From a candidate division FCPU426 bacterium (lineage in GTDB: Bacteria > Oederibacteriota > JAAXVQ01 > JAUVAV01): DNA of 64,000 bases. The translations under genes were made by a program, and so were the position numbers. Under the pieces are notes generated by a model. That model saw nothing but the letters and a program-made list of their open reading frames with translations. It did not search any database and had not been told where the DNA came from. The stretch is taken from the NCBI GenBank assembly GCA_040756875.1, contig JBFLYH010000001.1, forward strand, positions 192,001-256,000, read 5' to 3'. How positions within the stretch are numbered: the stretch's first letter is position 1; each line of letters opens with the position of its first letter. This document shows, piece after piece, positions 54,128-63,482 of the stretch.

Positions 54128-54837
54128 CCGCGAGGCGGCCGCTTGGGATCAAGATGAGCGGAAAATCCATATGGCGGAAACGATCGCTGCAGCCATGACG
54201 CGAAAACTGGACTTGAGCCCCACCCAAGTCTTGATGGATTATGGGACCGGCACCGGTTTGATTGCCTTAAAATTGAGGACGAGGGTCCGGGAAGTAATCG
54301 CCGTGGATAATTCCCGGGGTATGCTGGAAATGCTCAAGGCGAAACTGGCGAAATATGCAATCCCTCCGCAGGAATCCCCGGGCTTCAGCCCGGGGAGAGG
54401 ATTGCGGGATTAGTTTGCGGAGGGAGGGAGCCCCGGACTTTAGTCCGGGGGGCACTCCACTCGTGAATGTGAAGGTCTTACATGCGTCCCTGGAAGATGA
54501 AAAGGGACGTCTGCCTGCGGCGGATGTCATTGTCAGTTCGATGACGCTTCACCATATTCCGGATACTGTCAAAGCAGCCCGGGCGCTGTTTGCGGTGTTG
54601 AATCCGAAAGGCCAAATCGCGATTGCGGATTTGGACGAGCACGACGGCGGCTTTCACTCGGTTCAGGATGCAAACGTGCACAATGGTTTTAACCGCCAGG
54701 CGCTGCAAAAGGTGTTTTTCAGCGCCGGCTTCCGGAAAATCGAATTTTGCGAAGCATATACGCGCCGCAAACAACTGGCGGACGGCCGGGAAAGGGATTT
54801 CAAGATATTTTTAATGACCGCGCGGAAAAGCTTCTGA
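54111..54837 (+). pseudogene. SAM-dependent methyltransferase interrupted by a 100-bp insertion
   Basis: MDYGTGTG...VDNS in the first frame; SSMTLHHI...IADLD in the second. Removing 54363-54462 restores one frame. Confidence 0.85.
54361..54462. mobile_element. Palindromic miniature element, family B copy 2 (intragenic insertion)
   Basis: Two hairpins, CCCCGGGCT-TC-AGCCCGGGG and CCCCGGACT-TT-AGTCCGGGG; TC at both ends; homologous to 40653-40792. Confidence 0.8.
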
Positions 54838-54843
54838 TCACTT

Positions 54844-54873
54844 AAAAACCGGCCGGACGGGGACCCGGCCGGT
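54844..54873 (-). terminator. Likely intrinsic terminator for the minus-strand metal ABC operon
   Basis: AAAAACCGGCCGG-N8-CCGGCCGGT between convergent genes. Confidence 0.6.
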
Positions 54874-54889
54874 CACGGTTTCACCCGGC

Positions 54890-55705
54890 TTATGCTTGAA
54901 TCGAATGCGGTTTCCGTTCGCGGCGTCCGCGGGCTTGGAACCAATATTTCAAGGCCAACAACACAAAGAACAGACCTGCAAAGCCCGCCACAATCACCGG
55001 CGCGGTGGGCAGGTCGAAGCGGTAGGAGGCCATGACGCCTGCCATGCTGACCGCCGTCCCGGCCAGCCACCCGGTCAGCAGGATTTTAACTGGTGCCGTA
55101 AAGAACAACCTGCCGATCAAGGCCGGAATGACCAGAAACGCAAAGACCTGAAGGATTCCGGCCAACTCAACGGATTTTACCAGCACCAAAGCAAAGGTGA
55201 AGAAAAACAGGAATTCCCAGAAGTATCCGCCTTTCGCTTCGTATGTCATCGCCAGAAAGCGTTTTTGGAAAACCAGGTGCACAGCTCCGATGACAGTATA
55301 AACCGCAAAAGTCGAGAGCAAGTCCGCGGGCATAACCCAAATGATGTTGCCGTTGAGGATGTTTTTGAATTCCTCCAGGCCGTGCGGCGTTTTATCCAAA
55401 ATGAGGATTGCGGCCGAGATGGAAAAGATATACAGCACGCCGATGAACGCCTCCACATTGACCTGCCGGGATATTTTCTTGCCCAGGGCCAAGACGGCCG
55501 ATCCAACCAGCGCGGCGGCCAGGGGCAGGAGCGCCGAGCGCTCCTGCCCGAAATAAAAGGCCAGCGCCATACCCACTCCGATAAATTGCGCCAAGGCCAG
55601 ATCCACGAAAATAATGCCGCGCTGAAGTATGTGCACGCCAAAATACGCGTGGATCAGCACCAGGAGCAAGCAGGCCAGGAACGGGTACAGCAGCAAGGGG
55701 TCCAT
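54890..55705 (-). CDS. Metal ABC transporter permease (ABC-3 family)
   Basis: YFGVHILQRGIIFVDLALAQ, EAFIG and GILQVFAFLVIPA. Confidence 0.85.
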   Translation of the reverse strand: MDPLLLYPFLACLLLVLIHAYFGVHILQRGIIFVDLALAQFIGVGMALAFYFGQERSALLPLAAALVGSAVLALGKKISRQVNVEAFIGVLYIFSISAAILILDKTPHGLEEFKNILNGNIIWVMPADLLSTFAVYTVIGAVHLVFQKRFLAMTYEAKGGYFWEFLFFFTFALVLVKSVELAGILQVFAFLVIPALIGRLFFTAPVKILLTGWLAGTAVSMAGVMASYRFDLPTAPVIVAGFAGLFFVLLALKYWFQARGRRERKPHSIQA

Positions 55706-56586
55706 TATTTTACGGCCTCCAGGACGGTATTAATAAAGGCAAGATAATCCCCGGTTTCAGGCACAGCTCCCACATCGTGCGGAAGCAAAATCACCTTGAC
55801 CCCGGTTTGAGCCGAGATATAGGCTGCCTCTTTTTTCGAGGAATAGGGTGAGACCAGAATGCCGTCCGGTTTAGACTGCTCCATGCTTTTTAGCAGGGTT
55901 TCGATGTATCCGGAGGAAGGCGGAATGCCTGGTTTGGGTTCGACATACCCGGAGATCGTGAACCCGTATTCTTTGGCCAGGTATTCGTACATCCGGTGGT
56001 GCGCAACGAAACGCTTGCCTTGCAAAGGCACCACGGCCCAGGTTTCCTGCTTGGCCCTGAGCCTGGCCGCAAACGCCTCGGCGTTCGCCTGGTACCAGGC
56101 AGCCTGCGCCGGGTCCAGTTGTCCGAGCGTTTGCGCCATGCCTTCCGAGATCTTGAGGACCGCCGGGGCCGAAAAATGATAATGCGGATTGCCCAGGGGA
56201 TGCACGTCCCCCTGGCGCCGATCCACGCTTTCCGGCACTTCGATCGGATCAACGAACCGCGAGCAGTCGAAATATCCGGGTTTGTCCGGCTGGATTTTCG
56301 GATTGCGGGAAGAATCGATCAGAAGCGGCACATAGCCGATCTCCAGGTCCAGGCCGTTGAAAAACAACGCGTCCGCTTTGCGCGCGGCCAGGATCATGCC
56401 GGGCTTGGCCTCGATCATGTGCGGATCTTGCGAAGGTTTGACCAGCATGGTGACCTGGATTTTATCTCCGCCGATTTCGCGCAGCACGCTGCCGATCCAG
56501 GGGAGAGTGGCCACCACCTGCATCTTTGCCCCCGCCGGAACGGCTAAGCCCAGCAAGAGCATGAATCCCCATAACGTTCGTTTCAT
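55705..56586 (-). CDS. Metal ABC transporter substrate-binding protein
   Basis: QDPHMIEAKP, NGLDLEIG, GDVHPLGNPHY and EPKPGIPPS. Confidence 0.88.
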   Translation of the reverse strand: MKRTLWGFMLLLGLAVPAGAKMQVVATLPWIGSVLREIGGDKIQVTMLVKPSQDPHMIEAKPGMILAARKADALFFNGLDLEIGYVPLLIDSSRNPKIQPDKPGYFDCSRFVDPIEVPESVDRRQGDVHPLGNPHYHFSAPAVLKISEGMAQTLGQLDPAQAAWYQANAEAFAARLRAKQETWAVVPLQGKRFVAHHRMYEYLAKEYGFTISGYVEPKPGIPPSSGYIETLLKSMEQSKPDGILVSPYSSKKEAAYISAQTGVKVILLPHDVGAVPETGDYLAFINTVLEAVK

Positions 56587-56597
56587 GGGGTGCCTCC

Positions 56598-57857
56598 TTA
56601 AAACTTGTGCGCGCCGTGCACGCCCAAGGAAATATCAATCTGCATTCCGCACGACCAGCCGTTCACGTTTCCGTCGGCCAGCGCGTATTCGCCGTAGGAA
56701 CCTTCCCAGCGCAAGCGCGAAAACTCCGAAAAACTCCAATCTGCCATGAACGTGGTGCGGCGGGTCGGATCGAACGTCGCCGCGCTTCCGTCGGGATACT
56801 CAACGCGGTTTAGCGATCCCAGGTGGTCAAACCTCAATCCTATCCGCCATTGCGGCCAAAGGCCGTAAATGGCTTGTGCGTATAATCCGTCCTGCAGCTT
56901 TTGCAGATACGCACCCGCCATTTCAGCGGCCAGGTCATGCCGGTATATTTGCATGCGGACATGGCGGACATAGTATTCCGCTTCGACGACGATATCGTTC
57001 TTTCCCATGGGAGCCGGGTCGTCGTATTTGTAGACCAAATCAGCGCCCGCAACTTGGGCCCAGCCGGAAAGCCAATGATCCGCCGCGCCGTTTTCGTCGC
57101 CGTCATGCTCTTCCTGGCGAACGCCCTGGATGAAGCTGGCTCCGGCCAGCAGCGAATGTTCCAGCCCGAGGTCAGGCCCGGCTTTCAGCCAGGCCACGCC
57201 GGTCCGGGGCGAGTTGAACTTTGGCAGGGGCGGCTCGCCCAGATAAGCAAGGCTGTTTTCCTCGCCGCCGGTCTCGAATCCCTCCAAACCCAGTTCGAGA
57301 TAGAAAGGCAGGCCGGCCAGATACGAGACCTGGAGCCCCAGGTCATTGATGCCGTGATGCCCGAAAAACAGCTGATTCACCATCGGCGCGGTAATGAACG
57401 GCCATTGATGGCTGTGCTGGGCGTTCAGACGGCCGAAGTCGGAGAAAAATTTACCGGTTTTGACCTTTAATCCCAACGGCAGCTCCAAAGTCTCGATCTG
57501 CGCGACTTCCAGTTCCGCGCCTTCGGGGCTGATCGCGGCTATGACCCAGGCTTTGAAAAACGGGTCCACCGAGCCGCTGAAATTCAACTCGGCGTGCCGC
57601 CAATTGAAACCATCCGCAGGCTCGTGGGCGTGCGTTTCTTCGCCTTCGTGATGATGGCCGGCTTCAAATCCGGCGATTTCCGAAAAGACGTGCGCGCCGT
57701 CTTCATCTGTCGCATTGAAGTGGTCGTAATAGACATATCCGTCCAAAATCACGGATAGATCCGGATTCATTGTCAAACCCGGGGCAGCAGCCCGGGCGGA
57801 CAGGGAGGAAAGCAATAAAACAGCAACCGGCAATATTGTTTTTAAAGCAAAGCGCAT
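56598..57857 (-). CDS. His-rich outer-membrane porin-like protein (metal uptake)
   Basis: Signal peptide; NPDLSVILDG, HHHEGEETHAH, FGRLNAQHSH, SEFSRLR and terminal GVHGAHKF. Confidence 0.8.
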   Translation of the reverse strand: MRFALKTILPVAVLLLSSLSARAAAPGLTMNPDLSVILDGYVYYDHFNATDEDGAHVFSEIAGFEAGHHHEGEETHAHEPADGFNWRHAELNFSGSVDPFFKAWVIAAISPEGAELEVAQIETLELPLGLKVKTGKFFSDFGRLNAQHSHQWPFITAPMVNQLFFGHHGINDLGLQVSYLAGLPFYLELGLEGFETGGEENSLAYLGEPPLPKFNSPRTGVAWLKAGPDLGLEHSLLAGASFIQGVRQEEHDGDENGAADHWLSGWAQVAGADLVYKYDDPAPMGKNDIVVEAEYYVRHVRMQIYRHDLAAEMAGAYLQKLQDGLYAQAIYGLWPQWRIGLRFDHLGSLNRVEYPDGSAATFDPTRRTTFMADWSFSEFSRLRWEGSYGEYALADGNVNGWSCGMQIDISLGVHGAHKF

Positions 57858-57944
57858 GGAAATGCCTCCTGGGAAATGGCAGGAAAGGACATAGTCCTTC
57901 CCTGATCTTAATGAAGGAACAGGTGAAACGGTGGCTTGGAAAAG

Positions 57945-58259
57945 TCAGACGGAAGGAGGGCCGTGATTGACCGGATGTTCCAAACAAACAGGGGTGACAG
58001 CCAGGATGGCGTTGCCTACAAGCCGGGTCGAAATGGCAGGCAGACCGGCGGATGGGTGGGGAGCGGTCGGGACCGGCTGGTCGGCTGAGGACAATTGGTG
58101 AACGACCTGGCAGATGGAACAATGGCGGGAGTCGCCTGTTTCGTGCGAATGGCCGTGGTGAATATGCACGGACGCCAGCAGCGCCCAAAACAGCAGGCTT
58201 GCGGTCAAGGGCAGGGAAACCAGGCGGGATCCGGCGCGCGAAACGAAAGCGGAAAACAT
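57945..58259 (-). CDS. DUF2946-like His/Cys small protein (possible regulatory uORF)
   Basis: Hydrophobic helix, HIHHGHSH, CSIC and C-terminal HGPP. Confidence 0.7.
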   Translation of the reverse strand: MFSAFVSRAGSRLVSLPLTASLLFWALLASVHIHHGHSHETGDSRHCSICQVVHQLSSADQPVPTAPHPSAGLPAISTRLVGNAILAVTPVCLEHPVNHGPPSV

Positions 58260-58266
58260 AAAGAGG

Positions 58267-58295
58267 AATATAGGCGGGGCAGGCAACGAAGTCAA
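58267..58295 (-). promoter_or_regulatory. Sigma70 promoter giving a probably leaderless transcript
   Basis: Minus strand reads TTGACT - 17 bp - TATATT - 7 bp - ATG (58259), with no SD. Confidence 0.65.
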
Positions 58296-58308
58296 GGGGA
58301 AACGCGGG

Positions 58309-59469
58309 TCAGGCCCTGATCTGAAGCCCTGAACGCGCCGGGGATACGCGCTCCACCCGTGATTCAGGACCCAGCCGGCGGGTAGTGCCCTCGCCGGCGA
58401 CTCCTTTCAGAGTAATGATCTCGCCGGGTTTTAATTTAAACAGCACCCGATTGGCGTCCGCGGCGTCCGCGGGCGCGAGCCGGAACGCCACCCGCTGGCC
58501 TGCGCCGCAGGCCAGTACTTCGATCTCGCGGGTGCGGAGGCGCCGCGGCTCGGAAACCGCCAGCCAGCGTTCAGGGCCGGAAGACTCCGGAACAGCCGGG
58601 GAAAACAAAAGCAAAGTCATTTTCAGGATGCGTTTATGCAGGCCGGCGCGCTGCCACAGGGCGTGCACGGCTTCGGGCGCGGACCACTCGCTTTCCGCGT
58701 GGCAACTGTCGCCCGCAGCCAGCGTGGGACAGGGCTGCTGGTGCAGGCAGGGAAAGCGCGCTGCCCAGCCGTTTTGCAGCAGGCGGTCGCGGACTTGCAA
58801 TGCAGCCTGCGACGTATTTTTCAACGCCGGTTCGACCAGAAGCAAATGTCCTTGCCCGGACAGCCTGTCTTTCAAACCGGAGAGCATGCCCGCAATTTTG
58901 CCGGGCCGGCCGGGGTCGCCCAGCCACAACTCATTGCCCAGGTGTTGTGCGGCGATCAAGTCATAGGAGCCGACGGCCAGCCGCGTGTTTCGCGACAGAT
59001 CCTGCTGCGAGACAGTCACAGTTGCGCCTTCGGCCTGCAGCAGCAGCCGGCCCCAGCCCAGGGCTTTGGCGCTGCGGTCAACGAGATGAAGGTTGCGGCA
59101 GCCCAAACTTGCGGCAGCGGCTGACAGCGGGCCGGCCGCACTGCCCAGTTCGAGCACAGAACAGGGGGGATCGGGAAGCAGGCTCAAAGCCAGGCGCGCC
59201 TGGGCATAGGAAACCGGCCAGAAATATAATAGGTAGGCGCCGGCCTGGGCTGGATCGGAGAAATACACCTCGCCGGCCAGCTGCCGCTCCCGGGTCAGGC
59301 CCTGCGATAGGCGCTGAAGCCCTGCGGCCACGCTTTTGGCCTCGGCCGGAAGCAGGCGGTCAGGCGGTGCATCCGACCACTTGGACCCGGATTCCCGGCG
59401 CCACAAGCGGATCAGGCGCGGGAGCCAGGCGGATAGCTCGTCTTGAATGGTTGCTGCGAGAGGATCCAT
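58309..59469 (-). CDS. Rsm22-like SAM-dependent methyltransferase
   Basis: AYLLYFWPVSY, VLELGSAAG, LLLVEPAL, RDRL and PCLH..PCP...CH. Confidence 0.75.
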   Translation of the reverse strand: MDPLAATIQDELSAWLPRLIRLWRRESGSKWSDAPPDRLLPAEAKSVAAGLQRLSQGLTRERQLAGEVYFSDPAQAGAYLLYFWPVSYAQARLALSLLPDPPCSVLELGSAAGPLSAAAASLGCRNLHLVDRSAKALGWGRLLLQAEGATVTVSQQDLSRNTRLAVGSYDLIAAQHLGNELWLGDPGRPGKIAGMLSGLKDRLSGQGHLLLVEPALKNTSQAALQVRDRLLQNGWAARFPCLHQQPCPTLAAGDSCHAESEWSAPEAVHALWQRAGLHKRILKMTLLLFSPAVPESSGPERWLAVSEPRRLRTREIEVLACGAGQRVAFRLAPADAADANRVLFKLKPGEIITLKGVAGEGTTRRLGPESRVERVSPARSGLQIRA

Positions 59470-59641
59470 GAAGCGCCTCGAAACACATCCTGTTCCGATA
59501 AACCCGGAGAGTGAAATACTGTAGGGCTTTTTCCCACTGCTGACAAGGGAAATTGGGCCGCCCTGGACGGCGCCGAATATGCTTGAGTCTTGACGCAGGA
59601 TATTGAAGAATAGAAAGACTATTTTTCACCGAGGTGTGGTT

Positions 59642-60382
59642 ATGTGCCGTTCACTGACTTTTCTCCTCCTGGCCCTGGGTCTGACGGTCCCTGTTTGGGC
59701 CGGGGACAAGGCCCTGGAAATCGTCCGCCGGATCGACAGCAACGAGTCGTTCAAAACCGAGTCTTTCCAGGCCACCATGACCATCCAAAAAGGCAGCCGC
59801 ACGCTGACCAAAGTGTTTTTCGGCTTTGGCCAGCGGGAAGGCCGGAAATCCTTCATGGAATTCACCAACCCCGAGGACCGGGGCGTGAAATACCTGAAAT
59901 TGGACAACGAGATGTGGATCTTTTTCCCGGATGCGGACGATGTCATGAAAATTTCCGGACACATGCTGCGCCAGGGCATGATGGGCAGCGACCTTTCCTA
60001 CGAGGACATGCTGGAGAATGAAAGCTTGGAGGAACGCTACCAGGCGGTGCTGCTGCAGGACGAAACCGTGGACAACCGCGCCTGCAACGTGGTGGAACTC
60101 ACGGCCAAGCGCCCGGACCTGACCTACGAACGCCAGAAAATCTTCGTGGACCAGGAACGGTTCGTGCCCTTGCGGCTGGAACTGTATGCCCGCGGCGGCC
60201 GGCTGCTTAAACGGATGTCCCAGGAGGAAGTCACGCGGATCGGGGACCGCTGGGTGCCTCTGCGCATCACCATCCAGGACCTGCGCCGCAAGGATTCGAA
60301 AACCGTGGTGGCTTTCCAGGAGATCAAGTTCGACGTGGCGTTGCCCAAGGATGTCTTCACCAAGCAATACCTGATGCGCTGA
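59642..60382 (+). CDS. Outer-membrane lipoprotein-sorting (LolA-like) protein
   Basis: Signal peptide; P.DRGVKYLK, MWIFFP, MMGSDLSYED and GRLLKR. Confidence 0.8.
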   Translation: MCRSLTFLLLALGLTVPVWAGDKALEIVRRIDSNESFKTESFQATMTIQKGSRTLTKVFFGFGQREGRKSFMEFTNPEDRGVKYLKLDNEMWIFFPDADDVMKISGHMLRQGMMGSDLSYEDMLENESLEERYQAVLLQDETVDNRACNVVELTAKRPDLTYERQKIFVDQERFVPLRLELYARGGRLLKRMSQEEVTRIGDRWVPLRITIQDLRRKDSKTVVAFQEIKFDVALPKDVFTKQYLMR

Positions 60383-60394
60383 AGGAACCTGTTC

Positions 60395-61462
60395 ATGCCT
60401 CTCGCGATGAGGACTGTCTGTGGTTGCCTGGCGCTGCTCCTGTTCGCCGCTGTTTCCGGGCGGGCCGAGCTGTCGTTGACCGGCGCTTTGCGCAATGATG
60501 CGGCCTGGATCGCGCTGGATTCCGGCGGCCACTTCGTCAACCTGCTGGAAAACCGCTGGGTGGTGGAGAACAGGACCGACGCGTGGCGGTTTTACGGCGA
60601 CCTGCGGGTGTGGGCGCTCGCCAGTCCGGACCTGCCCCTGGAGATTAGCGAGGCCTTTGCGGTCAGAATCCCCCGGGCGTTCGTCCGTTATCTCTCGGAA
60701 CTGGGCGTTTTCAGCCTGGGCAAAACCTATGCGGCCTTCGGCTTGCTGGGCGTGTTCAACCCTTTTGAGCTCGACCAGTCGGTCAATGTGGCGGATTTGG
60801 GTTATGTCAAGCAGGGCCTGCTGGGACTGACCTGGGAACTGGGCCTGGGCGACTTATCGGGCCTGCAGGCCTTCGTTAGCCCGGAAGGAAATTCGCAAAC
60901 CACGGCCGCCGGCCTGGGCCTGAACACCCATGCCTTGGGATTCGACGCCGGCCTGGTCGTCCTGCGACGGGGGACCGGTCAGAACCAGGCCGGCCTGTTC
61001 CTCAAAGGCGATCTGGAGGTCGAGGTGCAGGCCAGCGCAGCCTGGCATGCGGACGACCAGGGGAAGAACGGATATGGGGAGGCGGTCGCCGGGCTTGATT
61101 ACAGCCTGTCGGACGGCGAATGGCTGTTCGGCGTCCAGTATGCCTTCCAGGAGCGGGCCGCGGCCAGGAAAACGGACCAGGCGGCCTCGGTTTTATCGGG
61201 AACCAGCATGTTCAACGGCAAGCAATATATATATGGTTGGCTGCAGTACCTTCCGGACCAGTTTTTTCAGGCCCGTTGCGACGCGTTTTGGAACGTAGAG
61301 GACCGCAGCAGCCTGGTGGTGCCTTCCGCCACTTGGGTGCTGGCTGACGGGCTGAGCGCGACCCTCCTGGGCATGATTCCCACTGGGCCCGGCAGGGCGG
61401 AGTTTGGTCATGAAAGCCTGGGCCGGGCCGCCCTGGATGCGCGCGTGGAGGCGAAATTTTAG
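60395..61462 (+). CDS. Putative outer-membrane beta-barrel protein
   Basis: Signal peptide, GK...FG...FNP motif, amphipathic strands, terminal VEAKF. Confidence 0.7.
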   Translation: MPLAMRTVCGCLALLLFAAVSGRAELSLTGALRNDAAWIALDSGGHFVNLLENRWVVENRTDAWRFYGDLRVWALASPDLPLEISEAFAVRIPRAFVRYLSELGVFSLGKTYAAFGLLGVFNPFELDQSVNVADLGYVKQGLLGLTWELGLGDLSGLQAFVSPEGNSQTTAAGLGLNTHALGFDAGLVVLRRGTGQNQAGLFLKGDLEVEVQASAAWHADDQGKNGYGEAVAGLDYSLSDGEWLFGVQYAFQERAAARKTDQAASVLSGTSMFNGKQYIYGWLQYLPDQFFQARCDAFWNVEDRSSLVVPSATWVLADGLSATLLGMIPTGPGRAEFGHESLGRAALDARVEAKF

Positions 61463-61487
61463 ACCAAGACCAATGGGTTAAAAAAGC

Positions 61488-61515
61488 GTAGGGGCGTTCA
61501 ATTGAACGCCCCTAC
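61488..61515. repeat. REP-like perfect palindrome
   Basis: GTAGGGGCGTTCAATTGAACGCCCCTAC (GTAG-type end), intergenic within an operon. Confidence 0.75.
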
Positions 61516-61529
61516 AGAAGAGGACATCC

Positions 61530-62201
61530 ATGCTGCTTGAAGTGAAACACCTCAATAAAACCTACCAGGCCGGCAGGCTGGGGGTGCTAGCCCTGCAAAA
61601 CATCAGCCTCACCGTGGACCGGGGTGAATTCACGGCCATTGCCGGGCCCTCGGGGTCGGGCAAAACCACGCTCTTGAACTGCATCGGCACCATCGACCGG
61701 CCGGAACAGGGTGAACTCATCCTGGACGGCGTGAACTTGATGGGCAAGAGCAGCGACGAGCTGGCGGCCCTGCGCCGGGAATATTTCGGGTTCATCTTCC
61801 AGACCTACAACCTGATCCCCGTGCTGACCGTATTCGAAAACGTGGAGATGCCCCTGAAACTGCTGAGGCGCCTCGCCCCCGGGGAAATCCGGGACCAGGT
61901 CATGGACATGCTGGCCAAGGTCGGCCTCAACGGCCTGGAAAACCGGCGCCCCTTGGAACTGTCCGGCGGCCAGCAACAGCGCGTCTCGATCGCGCGCGCC
62001 CTGGTCAAGCATCCCAAAATGGTGCTGGCCGACGAACCCACGGCCAACCTGGATTCCAAGACCGGCGAGGAGATCGTGGATCTCATGAAGTCGCTGAACG
62101 AACGCGAGGGTTCAACTTTCCTGTTTTCCACGCACGACCAGCTCATCATGAAGCATGCCAAGCGCCTGATCAAAATCCGTGACGGGATGATCGAGCCATG
62201 A
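61530..62201 (+). CDS. LolD/MacB-type ABC ATP-binding protein
   Basis: GPSGSGKTT, LSGGQQQRV, ADEPTANLD and STHD. Confidence 0.92.
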   Translation: MLLEVKHLNKTYQAGRLGVLALQNISLTVDRGEFTAIAGPSGSGKTTLLNCIGTIDRPEQGELILDGVNLMGKSSDELAALRREYFGFIFQTYNLIPVLTVFENVEMPLKLLRRLAPGEIRDQVMDMLAKVGLNGLENRRPLELSGGQQQRVSIARALVKHPKMVLADEPTANLDSKTGEEIVDLMKSLNEREGSTFLFSTHDQLIMKHAKRLIKIRDGMIEP

Positions 62202-63418
62202 CCTACCTGTTCAAGCTGGCGCTTAAAAACATCCTGCGGTCCAAGATCCGGACGGTCCTGACCTTCCTCATCCTGTCCTTTGGCGTGGGGATTTACATCC
62301 TCTTCGCCTGCCTGATGGCCGGGTTCGACCAGGAATCGATCAAAAACCTGATCGATTTCGAAACCGGCCATTACAAGATCCGCAGTACGGCCTGGGACGA
62401 GGACCGGCCCTATGAGACGGCCAACTACCTCCACGATCCACAAGCCGTGGAGGCGAAGCTGCGCACCCTGGGCTTCGTCACCGGCGTCGCGGAGCGCGTG
62501 CAATTCCTGGCCGAGGCGGACAACGGCGTGGACAGCATGCCCGTGGTGGCCGTGGGCATCGGCCCGGACGACCAGCGGGTTTTCGACCTGCGCAAGTACC
62601 TGGTGGCGGGCAAACTGGAACCCGGCGGCGTGATCATGGGACAACAACTGGCCGATGACCTCGGCTTGAAGCTCAACGACACGGTTTATCTGACCTTCAG
62701 GACCCAGCAGGGCATGCTGACCTCGGTGGAATTGCTCATTACCGGATTGCTCGTGTCTGCCAATCCGCAGGTGAACTCCTCCCAGGTGTTCGTTAACCTG
62801 AACGAGGCCCGGCAGTTCCTGAACACCCGGGACGCGGCCGAAATCGCGATCAAGACCGACGCGTTTTTCAAAGTGGCTGAATACGAACCGAAGCTCAAGG
62901 CGGCGCTGAACGGGCTTGATGCGCGGGTGTACAGCTGGCAGGCCCTGTCCGAGGATTTCCGCAATTTGATGGCCACGAAGCGGAAATTCCAGAACGTCCT
63001 GGTGCTCATGATCATGATTATCGCCATCGTGGGCATCATTAACACCATGCTGATGTCGGTGTTCGAGAAAAAGCGGGAAATCGGCACCATGAAAGCCCTG
63101 GGCTTCACGGACCGGGAGGTGCAGCGGCTGTTTCTGGTCGAGGGCGCGCTGATCGGCGTGGCCGGCGGGCTCATGGGACTGGTGCTGGGTACGCTGTTCA
63201 ACGCCTATTTCGCCTTTGTGGGCATGGACCTGGACACCATGTTCGGCAAACAGGACCTGGGCATGCCGATCATGGGCGTGGTCAAATCCGCCTGGCTGGC
63301 CGGCGCGTACGTCAACGCCATGATTTTCACCTTGGTAGCCAGCCTGCTGGCGAGTTATTACCCGGCCAAGAAGGTGACCAAAATGCAGCCTATGGAGTGC
63401 CTCAGAACGGTGCAGTGA
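62198..63418 (+). CDS. LolC/E (FtsX-type) ABC permease
   Basis: NILRSKIRT, NTMLMSVFEKKREIGTMKALG and YYPAKK. Confidence 0.9.
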   Translation: MTYLFKLALKNILRSKIRTVLTFLILSFGVGIYILFACLMAGFDQESIKNLIDFETGHYKIRSTAWDEDRPYETANYLHDPQAVEAKLRTLGFVTGVAERVQFLAEADNGVDSMPVVAVGIGPDDQRVFDLRKYLVAGKLEPGGVIMGQQLADDLGLKLNDTVYLTFRTQQGMLTSVELLITGLLVSANPQVNSSQVFVNLNEARQFLNTRDAAEIAIKTDAFFKVAEYEPKLKAALNGLDARVYSWQALSEDFRNLMATKRKFQNVLVLMIMIIAIVGIINTMLMSVFEKKREIGTMKALGFTDREVQRLFLVEGALIGVAGGLMGLVLGTLFNAYFAFVGMDLDTMFGKQDLGMPIMGVVKSAWLAGAYVNAMIFTLVASLLASYYPAKKVTKMQPMECLRTVQ

Positions 63419-63482
63419 ACAGCGCGGTCCGACGAGTCCGGCCGGTCAGACCGGTCGGACCGATGGAAGACTGGAGACCCTC

